Origin: Squalus acanthias
Taxonomy: Eukaryota
NCBI GenBank assembly: GCA_030390025.1
Contig: CM059431.1
Span: forward strand, 101,930,001-101,994,000
Length of the DNA stretch: 64,000 nt
Direction of reading: 5' to 3'
The translations under genes and the position numbers were made by a program. Below the pieces are notes generated by a model, which was not told the DNA's origin, made no database searches, and saw only the letters and a list, made by a program, of their open reading frames with translations. Of this stretch, positions 22,401-33,427 are shown in pieces. Within the stretch, counting starts at the first letter, position 1, and every line of letters begins with the position of its first letter.

Positions 22401-25104
22401 CCAGATTAGTGTTAATTTGTAGTTAATCTGTGGGCCGTTTTCTGCTGTGTAACAGAGTTGAAACCAGCCAAGGGTTTTTTTTTCATGCTCGATGCCCGGC
22501 AGAATTACACCCAGGAGACCTTCCGTCTATTCCGCCTGGGCTGGCTTTAAGCACCTGTCTACACGGTGAGAAGCAGTGTCTAACCCATAGTACTGCCATT
22601 CTACATTATAGACATGTTGAAATCTTCGGCTGGCTGTGCATGTTGGCTGACGAGCTTTTAAAGTCCGTCGACAGTTTGTTCTGCTCAATCCAATTAAGTA
22701 TTTTTACTGTAGATTGCTCCCTGTCCTTTTCCATAGCTAATCTAAACCTTATGATACTATGATCACTGTTCCCTAAATGTTCCCCTGCTAACACTTGCTC
22801 CACTTGACCCACCTCATTCCCCAAAACCAGATCCAGCAATGCCTCCTTCCTCGTCGGGCCGGAAACGACCTGATCAAGAAAGTTCTCCTGAACACACTTC
22901 AGAAATTCTTCCCCCTCTCTGCCCTTTACACTATTACTATCCCAGTCTATATTAGGATAATTGAAGTCCCCCATTATTACTGCTCTATAGTTCTTGCACC
23001 TCTCTGTAATTTCTCTGCAAATTTGCTCCTCTATATCTTCCCACACCTGTTGGTGGTCTATAGAATACACCTAGTAGTGTAATGGCACCTCTATTGTTTC
23101 CTAACTCTAGCCAAATAGATTCTGTCCTTGACCCCTCCAGGACATCCTCTCTCTCCAGCACTGTAACATTCTCCTTAACCAATACTGCCACCCCACCTTC
23201 TTCCTTTCCTTCCCTATCTTTCCTGAACACCTTATATCCAGGAATATTTAGTGTCCAATCCTGTCCTTTTTTGAGCCAGGTCTTAGTTATTGCCACAACA
23301 TCATATTTCCATGTGGCTATTTGCGCCTGCAGTTCACCAACCTTATTTACTACACTTCATACATTTACACACATGCACTGTAAACCTATCTTAGACCTTC
23401 TTGTATTCTCTCTTAGTCTGACCCCACCTATTACCGTACTATTTCTTACTCTAGTGCTATCTGTCTCTCCCAATCCTTTGTGCACCTTGTTTCTCCTTTC
23501 TAATGCTACATCCTGGTGCCCATCCCCCTGCCAAATTAGTTTAAACCCTCCCTAACAGCACGAGCAAACCTCCCCACGAGGACATTGGTCTGTTGAGGTG
23601 CAACCCATCCGGCCTCCCTCAGAACCGGTCCCAATGTCCCAGGACTGTAAAGCCCTCCCTCCTGCACCATCTCTCCAGCCACACATTCATCTGCTCTATC
23701 CTCCTATTTCTATACTCACTAGCTCGTGGCACCGGGAGCAATCCGGAGATTACTACCTTTGAGGTCCTGTTTTGTAATCTATTTCCTAGGTCCCTGAAAT
23801 CTGCCTGCAGGACCTCATCCCTCTTTCTACCTATGTCGTTGGTATCGATGTGGACCACGACCTCTGGCTGTTCACCCTCCCCCCTCAGAAAGTTCTGCAG
23901 CCGCTCAGTGACATCACAGAATCACAGAATCCCCACAATGCAGATAGAGGCCATTTCGGCCCATCGAGCCTGCACCGACACATATCCCACCCTATCCCCG
24001 TAACCCCACGTATTTAATCCCCCCTAACACTAAGGGTCAATTTATCATAGCCAAATCAACCTAACCCGCACATCTTTGGACTGTGGGAGGAAACTGGAGC
24101 ACCCGGAGGAAACCCACGCAGACACGGGGAGAATGTGCAAACTCCACACAGACAGCCACCCGAGGCCGGATTCGAACCCGGGTCCCTGGTGCTGTGAGGC
24201 AACAGTGCTAACCACTATGCCACCGTGCTGCCCCCTTGACTCTGGCACCAGGGAAGCAACATACCATCCTGGAGTCACGTCTGCGGCTGCAGAAACACCT
24301 GTCTGCTCCTCTAACTATCGAATCTCCTATCACTATTGCTCTCCCACTCTTCTTCCTTCCCCACCTGTGCCTCTAAGCCACCCGTGGTGCCGTGGACTTG
24401 GCTCTGGCTGTACTCCACAGAGGAACCATCGCCCTCACCAGTATACTGATTAGAGAGTGAGATGCACTCAGGGGGCTCCTGCACCACCTGCCTGGTCCTC
24501 CTTGTCTGTCTGACGGTCACTCATTCCCTCTCTGCCTGCACAACTCTTACGCTGCGGGGTGACCGCCTCCTGAAACGTGTTACCCACGAAGCTCTCGAGC
24601 TCCTCCAGCTGACGACACCTCCTGCACAAGTGGTTGTCCAGGACAAGGGAAGCGTCTTGGAGTCCCCACATGGCACAAGATGTGCATTCCATGGGACTGA
24701 GGTGCCCTGCCATGCCTCTACTTAATAGACTATTAACTAACTTAACAGAAATAAACTCTCAAGACTTATAAAAAAAAACAATCACCAGCTACCACCAATC
24801 AGCTCCATCCCTTGTGCTGATGTCACTTTAGGTTTTTTGCCTTGCTCCCTGACACTCGTGCTCCCTCCGGGCTCTCGGGCCTACCTTTATCTGCAGCCGC
24901 TCCTCTTGCTCTCCTGCAGGTCCTCTCTCGGGCCTATTAACTTAGAGACCTTGGGTTCTGTGGCTCCACTCCTCCTTTTCAGTCAGACGTCCCAACCGAC
25001 TCCCTCCTCTCCACCAAATTCTTGCTCTCACCAAATTCTTCCACTCTGATTGCGATCCGCTCCGATTGCGCTCTCCCAGCTCTGTCTCCAATCTCTGTGC
25101 TCGA
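19487..25104 (-). mobile_element. Near full-length decayed CR1 LINE (ORF1 SGNH-esterase-like, ORF2 APE endonuclease and RT), nested in another CR1 3' UTR
   Basis: Minus-strand peptides: ORF1 VHIDTNDIGR...VVISGLLPV...HWDRF (23.6-23.9 kb); EN GDFNYPNIDW...LDLVL..SDH (22.7-23.3 kb); RT NYRPVSLTSV, GVPQGSVLGP, FADDTKL (20.0-21.0 kb). The host CR1 (+) runs 19125-19486 and resumes at ~25105. Interrupted by another CR1 3' piece (21481-22245) and an HE1 SINE. Confidence 0.85.
23914..24233 (-). mobile_element. HE1-type V-SINE (tRNA-derived)
   Basis: Minus strand: GGGCAGCACGGTGGCATAGTGGTTAGCAC (A box), GGTTCGAATCC (B box), V-domain GTGTGGAGTTTGCACATTCTCCCCGTGTCTGCGTGGGTTTCCTCCGGGTGCTCC, CR1-like tail. 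Confidence 0.88.
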
Positions 25105-25320
25105 GATGGAGTTAAAATACAGATCAGCCATGATCTAATTGAATGGCGGAACAGGCTCGAGGGACTGAATGGCCTCCTCCTGTCCCTATGTTCCTACGAT
25201 GCATATTTACTGTATACTTTACCTTTCTTAGTGGGGTACGATTAATACAGATACAGTGACTTTCAATTTGTGTGATATTATTTCCGTTTTGGTGACACTG
25301 TTGTATGTTTTGTCTTTCAG

Positions 25321-25467
25321 TGTCCCAACAATAACTTTAAATTAAATTACGTTGAAGACATCGGAGCAAACACTTATCACATGGCATGGCAGATTCCCCA
25401 GTACCTTCTCATCACAAGTGGTGAAGTGGTTTTCTCCGTCACTGGTCTCGAGTTCTCCTACTCACAG
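25321..25467 (+). CDS. SLC15A1: SLC15A1 exon (..ANTYHMAWQIPQYLLITSGEVVFSVTGLEFSYSQ, TM10)
   Basis: tttcag|TGT...CAG|gtgggt; 147 nt; includes the conserved TM10 glutamate (GEVVF). Confidence 0.97.
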
Positions 25468-25919
25468 GTGGGTAACAATTTTTTAACGGCAAAAAAATTC
25501 GGAGTGTTGTGAACTTCCAGTATATCTACCGTTCACTGTCCGAAGGCTGTGTCACCATCAGGAAAGCATGGAGTGAGCGGAAATATTTGGGCCATTAGAG
25601 ATTGATCCTTCCAAGAGACCCATGGTCCGTCAGAGCTTCCAACAAGAGCTAACCATTCGAAATTTTATCCAGGTCGATAGATACCTAATATTGTGCCATA
25701 CATTACTGGACCCTGACCAGTGAGGCTCCACAGATCAATTATCCAGAATAAGATCTGTAATATTTTCACAGAGTATTTCTAACTTTCAATCCTGTTATTA
25801 ACCCAGTAATACTCATCGCTTTTTAAGATGGAGCTAATGTACTTTAGGAGGATGTAAGTAGGTCCATGGATTGAACAGAAAGATGTCAGATGAAATGAAA
25901 TGTGAATTGTGGAGTAAGT

Positions 25920-26533
25920 TGGTGTTGTTGTTGGTGCTGCTGGTGTGCCTGGGGCTGATCGTGGTCAGATTCTGAGGACCAAGGTGAGAGAGTATAAAGT
26001 GCGCCCATGCTGATGGAATAGATGGCAGGTGGACTAGAGATGACAGAAGCGATCTGTCAATGGTGGGAGAGGTAATGAGGTCAGACTGCATGGAGACTTG
26101 TATAAAGACTTGCAGCATTCTGAATCTGTAGTGGAAATGCAGTTTAGAGAAGCTAGTGGTTAAGGGAACATTTCTCAATCAGCTGGGAGCTTTGACTTGA
26201 CATTTGAAGCTGTCAACTCATCAGCTGATTCAATGGCCACTGACCTCCCGCCTCAGCTTCACAGACGAGGTCTAGGCACAGCGGGAAACCGGTGGGCGAC
26301 CTGTCAAATTCAAAAAGCTGGGAAAAAAACATTGTTAAGTGGCTGTAAACAAGCCACTAATGATTTTAATTGCCTCCCCCACCGCTGCCTGTCGGGTCTG
26401 CTCAGCGCTGGCAGACCCAACATCGGGAAATGCGCGTTTTGGCAGCCGGTTCCCGACCCGCTGTCAATCATTTTAAATTTCACAGCTGACCCGCCACCCA
26501 TCCCGTCCGCTGAGCGCCGGCAAAATTGCGGCC
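25920..26533 (-). mobile_element. Truncated Harbinger relative (transposase start and right terminus)
   Basis: Similar to 34945-35562: tctgaggacc..gagagagtataa..cccat, gtcgggtctg, gtcaatcattt, ctgacccgcc, ctgagcgc..aaattgcggcc. Confidence 0.7.
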
Positions 26534-26599
26534 TTTGTTTATTTAAACGCGAATGTACAGAAACCCCCCGGGAGTGGAGGGGGAGATTCTCGGCCCGTT

Positions 26600-26860
26600 C
26601 CCGCTCGGTTTGGGCTCGGGAACAGATTCCAGGAGCCGGTTGAACGGAGGCGACGATGGCGGCTCCGCCTTCCCACAATGCAGCGCGGTAGAGAAAAGGC
26701 CCCATCGCTAGCTCGGGCCGCACTGCACTCTGGGGGTTTGAGTCACCTGACCCCACGTTTCAGCCAATCGTGACCGAAGGGCGGAACCTGTAAAATGCGC
26801 GGGAGAACCCGAGGGCGCGGTGAGAGCTGGCGGAATCGGATGGATTTACTTTACCTCAGA
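26600..26860. promoter_or_regulatory. CpG-rich promoter-like segment within an SLC15A1 intron
   Basis: YY1-like GATGGCGGC (26655), ZNF143/SBS-like TTCCCACAATGCAGCGC (26670) and an inverted SBS-like site (~26719-26743), TGAGTCA (26739), CCAAT (26764), GGGCGG (26779). Confidence 0.45.
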
Positions 26861-27388
26861 TTAGTATGGTGCATCGTGTTTTTTTTAACTGAATGAGGCA
26901 AGCTGTAAATTCTCCCACCGGGAAGAGGTTTCTCAAACTTTCTGAGACAGAGGGTGTCTCACACCTTGTAGGGAAAATCTCAGTCTGTTTGGAACAGATT
27001 TAAAATTGAGAGATGTAAAAGTTCGGGTAGTCGGGGACGAGTATAGATGGTACAGCACGATTATCAGAACACGCGTAAGATTCGAGATTCGGTGTAAAGT
27101 GAAAATGGCGTTGTCTCTACACGCATTCCACTAGCAGAAGCAACAAGGTCGTCATTGCCGGTTTTCTTGAAAAGAGCCCTGACTGCTTTGCTGTGCTCCC
27201 ACCCTGCGTGTCTCCGGATTCGGTTGAGAAAATACGGTCACCTACAATGCTGTGTTTAGTTCATTATATTATCGTAAATTTCCTCTTCCATTTTTATTAC
27301 CATATTCACACTTACAGTAAGTTTTTTGCATTCTGTGCCTGTTGCCGCCGCCCAGAAGGGTTATTGTTTTTTTATTGATGTTTTCTAG

Positions 27389-27496
27389 GCGCCGCCCAAC
27401 ATGAAGTCCGTACTCCAAGCTGGTTGGCTGTTGACGAATGCATTTGGTAACATTATTGTCCTCATAATAGCGGAAGCTTCAACTATTGAGGAACAG
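27389..27496 (+). CDS. SLC15A1: SLC15A1 exon (APPNMKSVLQAGWLLTNAFGNIIVLIIAEASTIEEQ, TM11)
   Basis: ttctag|GCG...CAG|gtatgt; 108 nt; the QAGWLLT signature fits PEPT1 (PEPT2 has QAAWLLT). Confidence 0.97.
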
Positions 27497-28645
27497 GTAT
27501 GTGAATATTGGGAACTAAATAAATCCACAGAGCTGGTACCTCTTTTTACTTCCACTGAGGCCAGGAGTTTATTTTGTAGGTGTAGACTGGGCCGATACTC
27601 TCTGGAGTTTAGAAGAATGAGAGGTGATCTCATTGAAATGTATAAGATTCTGAGGGGGAATGACAGGGTAAATGCTGAGAGGCTGTTTCCCCCTGGGCTG
27701 GAGTGTCTAGAACTAGGGGGTCAGAGTCTCAGGATAACTGGTCGGCCATTTAGGACTGAGATGAGGAGCAGTTTCTTCACTCAGAGGGTGGTGAATCTTT
27801 GGAATTCTCTACCCCAGAGAGCTGTGGAGGCTCAGTCGTTGAGTATATTCAAATATTTTTATTCAAAAACAATAATATCTGTACAACTCATCAATTACAT
27901 AGTAAATCCATTACATAGTAAATCCATTACATTCATCCATCACAGTAAAAAATAAAGCCTTAAAAACAGCCTTATAGTTAATATAAATGCAATGATTAAT
28001 TTTACAAATAATCAATAATGTTTACAGTACAAATACCCTTAAACAATACCACCCAACTTTTTAGATTTAAAATAATAAATCTCAAAGTTAACTCCACATA
28101 AAACAAAAACCATTTCAACACCAGTGTACAAACACATAGCACCATCATAATCCAATAGTGGAGTTGAGGTCAAAGAGCAGCCATGATCTTATTGAATGGC
28201 GGAGCAGGCTCGAGGGGCCGTCTGGCCAACTCCTGCTCCGAATTCTTATGCCCTTATGAACTGGAAATGAACTCGGGATAAGAAATGTGACTCTCCAGAT
28301 TCGGCTATGTGTTGACCAAGGCATAAAACAACGAAAGTGTTTACAAAACGGAAAATAAAAAAAATGAAATTCCAGGTGTTCGAGTTTATTGTCAGAGCAA
28401 CGTGGTTTTGGTGTCAGACTGATAATAAATTTGTGTGGTGTGAATTGGGTGTTAACTGACTGCAATATGAAGTGGGAGTTGTGTCATGACTCTGGATTAT
28501 AAATAATTTGAATGGGCCCCTAGAATACAAACGGTTCCCAATGGTCCGCTGTATAAACAGTCTGCATTTTCCTTTTTGTCACATGGGAGAGAGAGAGCGG
28601 ATTTGTCCCACTGCTAATTGTTATTATCTTTTCTCCCTCGTACAG

Positions 28646-28846
28646 TGGGCAGAGTATCTCTTGTTCGCCACTCTGCTGATTGCCGTCTGCATAGTATTTG
28701 CCATCATGGCCTATTTCTACACTTACGTGGACCCCATTCAAATAGAAGCTGAATTTGAGGAAAAGCTAAGAGCCAAGAAGAAAATGGAGGAGTTGGAGTC
28801 ATCGGTCAAATACGAGAATGGAACCGTTGCTCAATCAAAACTCTAA
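28646..28846 (+). CDS. SLC15A1: SLC15A1 last coding exon (WAEYLLFA...YFYTYVDP...QSKL*)
   Basis: tacag|TGG...TAA; TM12 and cytoplasmic tail. Confidence 0.97.
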   Translation, partial: WAEYLLFATLLIAVCIVFAIMAYFYTYVDPIQIEAEFEEKLRAKKKMEELESSVKYENGTVAQSKL

Positions 28847-29581
28847 ATGTGCTAAAATAGAACATGTTCGCTAAGTTTGACCAGGCAGACGGAACTTATG
28901 AGCTGAGACGAGTGCACCCTTCAGCTCACCTGCCTTTATAAGAGATTCAAGTGTGACGCCTGCACTGACTTCCTGGTAATTGTGTTAGAAGTCCCTCGCA
29001 ACAAATGTTTTTTTTTCCACACACCCTTTCAAATATACTAGCCAGTGTTTCAGTGTTATTTCTAAAAGCTGGAATATGACTGAGTAAAAATAAAATAGTA
29101 AGCACTTGGAACTGAAATGCTCATCAGAATTTTCCGTATGTTTTCATATTTCTTGATGTCTGATAGTCTGTTGCCCAACTTTGCAGCACAAGCATCAAAG
29201 TGTGACCATTTTATGTACGATACATTTCTAATTCTCGCTATAGTTTTTTTTACCAAGATATTGTAATATTTCAAGAATATGTTTGCTGGTGTTAATTCTG
29301 TATATTATTGCACATCTAATCAAAACTTTAAACCCGAGGAAATGGAAAGGCTAATTAATCGCCCTCCCACAAAGGTATCTTAATATTCTGGACTTGACAT
29401 CTTATGGTTTTTTTTTAAACCGGAGCCTGCCCTGCTTGAAATGGAGTTCGCCAAAGTAAATACCAGTTCACACGCCAAGACAGAGAGACTCTAGCTGAAG
29501 CAGTCTGAATGCTTGGAGAAGGAGTGGGTGGAGAACATATCTTGAAGAGTCATGAATGTTGAAGTAGGCATAAAAACTGAT

Positions 29582-29587
29582 AATAAA
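29582..29587 (+). terminator. Candidate SLC15A1 polyadenylation signal (alternative AATAAA at 29089-29094)
   Basis: AATAAA followed by GT/T-rich sequence at ~29597-29665, just before repeats resume. Confidence 0.45.
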
Positions 29588-30277
29588 GGTGACATGTATT
29601 TATGTGTTTGCAAAGCCTGGTTTGAATTTTTTTTTAATGACTTTTTTTTTTAGTTGTCTTATTGTCTGCAAAAATTGTCCCCGAATTATTTTTGCACATC
29701 AACCATGTAGTTAGTACAACCTACTTAAAAAAAAATTCATTCTTGGGATGTGGGCGTCACTGGCAAGGCCGGCATTTATTGCCCATCCCTAATTGCCCCT
29801 TGAGAAGGTGGTGGTGAGCTGCCTTCTTGAACCGCTGCAGTCCGTGTGGTGAAGGTACTCCCACAGTGTTGTTAGGGAGGGAGTTCCAGGAGTTTGACCC
29901 AGCGATGATGAAGGATCAGCCGATATACTTCTAAGTCGGGATGGTGGGTGTGACTGGGAGGGGAACTTGGAGGTGGTGGTGTTCCCATGTGCCTGCTGCC
30001 CTTGTTCCTTCTGAGTGGTGGAGGTTGCGTGCTCGGGAGGTGCAGTATGCCTTCCACCATTCACTTAGCCACCTGTTACTTGGTTGCCTGTTGCTTCGGG
30101 TCTTTGCACCCCAGTAAAAGAATAACTGTCAAGGGTTCCGAACATTACTCCATTTTAGCAACATGGTAACTTTGGACTCTAGCGACTGGTATGGTAACTG
30201 GACATTCCATCTACCCACATTGGTTCCGTAACCCTTAATACCCTTGCCCAACAAACATCTATCAATCTCAGTTTTGA

Positions 30278-30593
30278 TGCGGAGATGCCGGTGTTGGACT
30301 GGGGTGGACAAAAATGAGAAGTCGCACAACACCAGGTTGTAGTCCAACAGTTTTATTTGAAATCACGAGCTTTCGGAGCGGCTGCTCCTTCGTCAGGTAA
30401 AGTGAAGGAATACAAATCAGCAAAGCATATATAGACAGAGAACAATGTGTAGCGTACAATGTCAGATGACTACAGTAAATCTGTAAATCAGTGATTTGTA
30501 TTCCTTCACTTCACCTGACGAAGGAGCAGCGCTCCGAAAGCTCGTGATTTCAAATAAAACTGTTGGACTATAACCTGGTGTTGTGCGACTTCT
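30278..30593. mobile_element. Mini Penelope-like insertion made of two inverted pLTR arms
   Basis: Arms 30317-30419 and 30492-30593 are near-perfect reverse complements; 14-bp TSD AATCTCAGTTTTGA (30264-30277, 30594-30607) in a host CR1 3' end. Confidence 0.85.
30511..30547 (+). ncRNA. Minimal type I hammerhead ribozyme motif (mirror copy on minus strand at 30363-30400)
   Basis: TCAC-CTGACGA-A-GGAGC(AGC)GCTCC-GAAA-G-CTC-GTGA: helix I TCAC/GTGA, conserved core, stem II, palindromic minimal helix III. Confidence 0.75.
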
Positions 30594-31605
30594 AATCTCA
30601 GTTTTGACATTTTCAATTGACCCCCAGCCTCGACAGCTTATTGGGGGAGAGAGTTCCAGATTTCCACCACCCTTTGTGTGAAGAAGTGCTTCCTGACATC
30701 ACCCCTGAACAGCCTGGCTCTAATTTTAAGGTTCTACCCCCTTGTTCTGGACTAGTTTCTCTCTATCTACCCTATCAACTCCTTTAATCATCTTAAAACA
30801 CCTCAATGATATCACCCCTTAATCTTCTATACTCTATATTATTCTATACAAGCCAGGTCTTTGCAACCTGTCCTCGTAGGAACAGGAGGAGGCCATTCAG
30901 CCCCTCGAGCCTGTTCCGCCATTCAATGAGATCATGGCTGATCTGTGACCTAACTCCATATACCCGCTTTTGGCCCATATCCCTTAATACCTTTGGTTAA
31001 CAAAAACCTATCAATCTCAGATTTAAAATTAACAATTGATCTAGCATCAATTGCTGTTTGCGGAAGAGAGTTCCAAACTTCTACCACCCTTTGTGTGTAG
31101 AAGTGTTTCCTAATTTCACTCCTGAAAGGTCTGGCTCAAATTTTTAGACTATGCCCCCTAGTCCTGGACTCCCCAACCAGCGGAAAGAGTTTCTCTCTAC
31201 CCCATCTGCTCCCCTGAATATCTTGAATATCTCGAAATTTAACCCATTCAGCACTGAACTATGAGCAGCTCCACTATTTCGTTTTTAACAGAGGTCTGGA
31301 GGCTCAATGCTCTCTCGTTTTCCTGGACATATTAAGGACTGGATTTTCCGCCCGGAGGCAGGATGGTGGCGGGTCCGCTGTTTGGCGGGTTCTGGTCCCG
31401 CTGCCAGTTCCAGCCGCCCTGCAATAATGATTTTCCCCAGATTGGCCTCATTAAGGACGCCGTGCGCGCTACCCGGCCCAATCGGTGGGTGCGGGTCGGC
31501 TGATCGCGCTTGGTGACGCGCTGGGAACCTCGATATTTAAAGGGGCCATGTCCCCTTTGATTAGGACTTTCTTTTTTCTACTCCTGAATGCTGGATGCTG
31601 CAGGC

Positions 31606-33427
31606 ATGGCAGCTCAACGGTCCAAGGCTGCTCCCCGGTTTGATGATGACTCCCTCCATGCCATTGTGGAGGGAGTAAGAGGACGCAAGGAGGTCCTCTT
31701 CCCTTCAGATGGATGGAGGAGGCCGCCTCAGCACACCAAGGCAGCCTGGCTGCAAATTGCTGAGGAGGTCAGTGCAAGGTCGGTCTGTACACGCACCTGG
31801 GTGCAGTGTAGGAAAAGGTTGAATGATCTGCTGCGCTCAGCAAAAGTGAGTATAACATCACACTTACCTTCAATCTGCTTCCCATCTCTTCTCATCCCCC
31901 ATCACTCTGCATTGGCAACCTACTCCTGCACACCCCAACTCACCCTAACAACCCTTGCACCCTCACCCATCCCTCTCTATGTACGGAATCACTTCACCAT
32001 CCCACTATGTACCCCTCACACTCGCTCTCACTGTTAGGCAATGACAACAACTAACAACACACAGGGAGGGACCTTGGTATTGGCACCTCACTCCATCATT
32101 GTCTCCCTCTAAGCATCTATGTTAGCCATTCTTTACACTCACTCCATCAATCTCTCTGAAACTCCACTTGTGTCCCTCATTGCAGGAAAAGAGAGCCCAC
32201 AATAAGAGGGAGAGGGGGAGGACTGGAGGAGGTCCACCATCCATGGTGCATCTAACGTACGCTGAGGAGGCAGCTCTGGAGATCGTCGGAGGTGCAGAGG
32301 AGCTGGAAGTGGGGGACAGAGGGACGGGCGCAGTACAGCAAGCTGGTGACAGAATTGATTTCCAACCCACTGATTTTGCATTCATAAGTGACACATATGG
32401 GATCTGATGTTCATAGAAATTGAGTTCTGATCATCTGCACAATGGGATGTGTCTGCAACCTACATATCACATGTCTACCTCATGCCTTGACTCCCCCACA
32501 GGACCATCGCGAGCTCCCCTCCCCACTGTCCAGGAGGAAGAGCAGGAGGACTCCTCAGAGGAACCTCCAGCCTCTGAGGGAGCAGCATCAGCAGAAATGA
32601 GCGCAGCCAGCACCAGCGCAGAGACGCACACCTCGGTGGGTCATTTGCGAGATAGAATAGTGTTGTCACCTGGTGAATCACAGCTCACAAGTGAGCAGGA
32701 GCAGATGGTGGAGACAGGGACAGCAGAGGAGAGTCCTCGTCGGAGGCCGCAGGGTGCTCCCAGCTCTGCTCAGCTGCATGTAGACGCTGTGCCTCTGGGG
32801 CCAGCCAAAAAGAGAGGGGTGCTGGAGCCTCAGGAACAAGTGCAGGAGGCTCTGACTGGGTTTGCATCCACTGTAACTGCGAGTGTGCAGAGAATGGAGG
32901 AGTCCATCTCAAACATGAGCAATGCCGTGGTGTATGCAATGGCGAATGTAGGTGCCGCCATGGAAAGGATGGCAACCTCCATGGAGGACATAAATCGCCA
33001 GACACAAACCAACATGGTGACTCTTCTAGATAGATGGTCAGCTATAGAGGATAGATGGGCATCTATCGTGGAGAGGAATCAGAGGTACATGGACATCCCC
33101 GTTATGAGGACTGTCAGTACAGAGATGGGTCCTCATGGCCCCACTGATGTGCAGCAAGGTGCTCCCCAGTTACTTGCTAGCAGTGAAGTGCGGGTGACCC
33201 ATGAGAGGGATGGTGGTGGTCCAGAAAAAGGAAGTGGGGGCTCCTCTCCAAGCGCTCACACTCCCATGCCACTGCCGAGCCCTAGGTCAGAGCCCCAGAT
33301 GCCTCACCCAACAGAGATGACCATCTCTGCTCCTGCACAGCCGCAGGAGGATCAGACATTGGTGGAGCCCTCCAAGGCTCCAAAACCCAGAGGACAACCG
33401 CAAAAGGTGTCTAAGCAGGCACAGTAG
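31606..33427 (+). CDS. Harbinger Myb/SANT-like DNA-binding protein, 3 exons (31606-31845, 32186-32345, 32502-33427), ~441 aa
   Basis: APRF...L...V......LF...W..IAEEV......RTWVQCRKRLNDL, then HNKRERGRTGGGPP; GT-AG introns join in frame. Confidence 0.8.

Noticed and set aside
24160..24233. tRNA gene (also 9715-9788)
   Set aside because: The A and B boxes belong to SINE heads continuous with V-domain or Deu-domain bodies.
28835..28843. C-terminal SKL as a peroxisomal PTS1 signal
   Set aside because: The protein is a polytopic plasma-membrane transporter; PTS1 import applies to matrix proteins, so a PDZ ligand fits better.
811..28846. SLC15A2/PEPT2 identity
   Set aside because: KTLP.FP, KPE.GEN.IR and QAGWLLT motifs and STK24 synteny favour SLC15A1.
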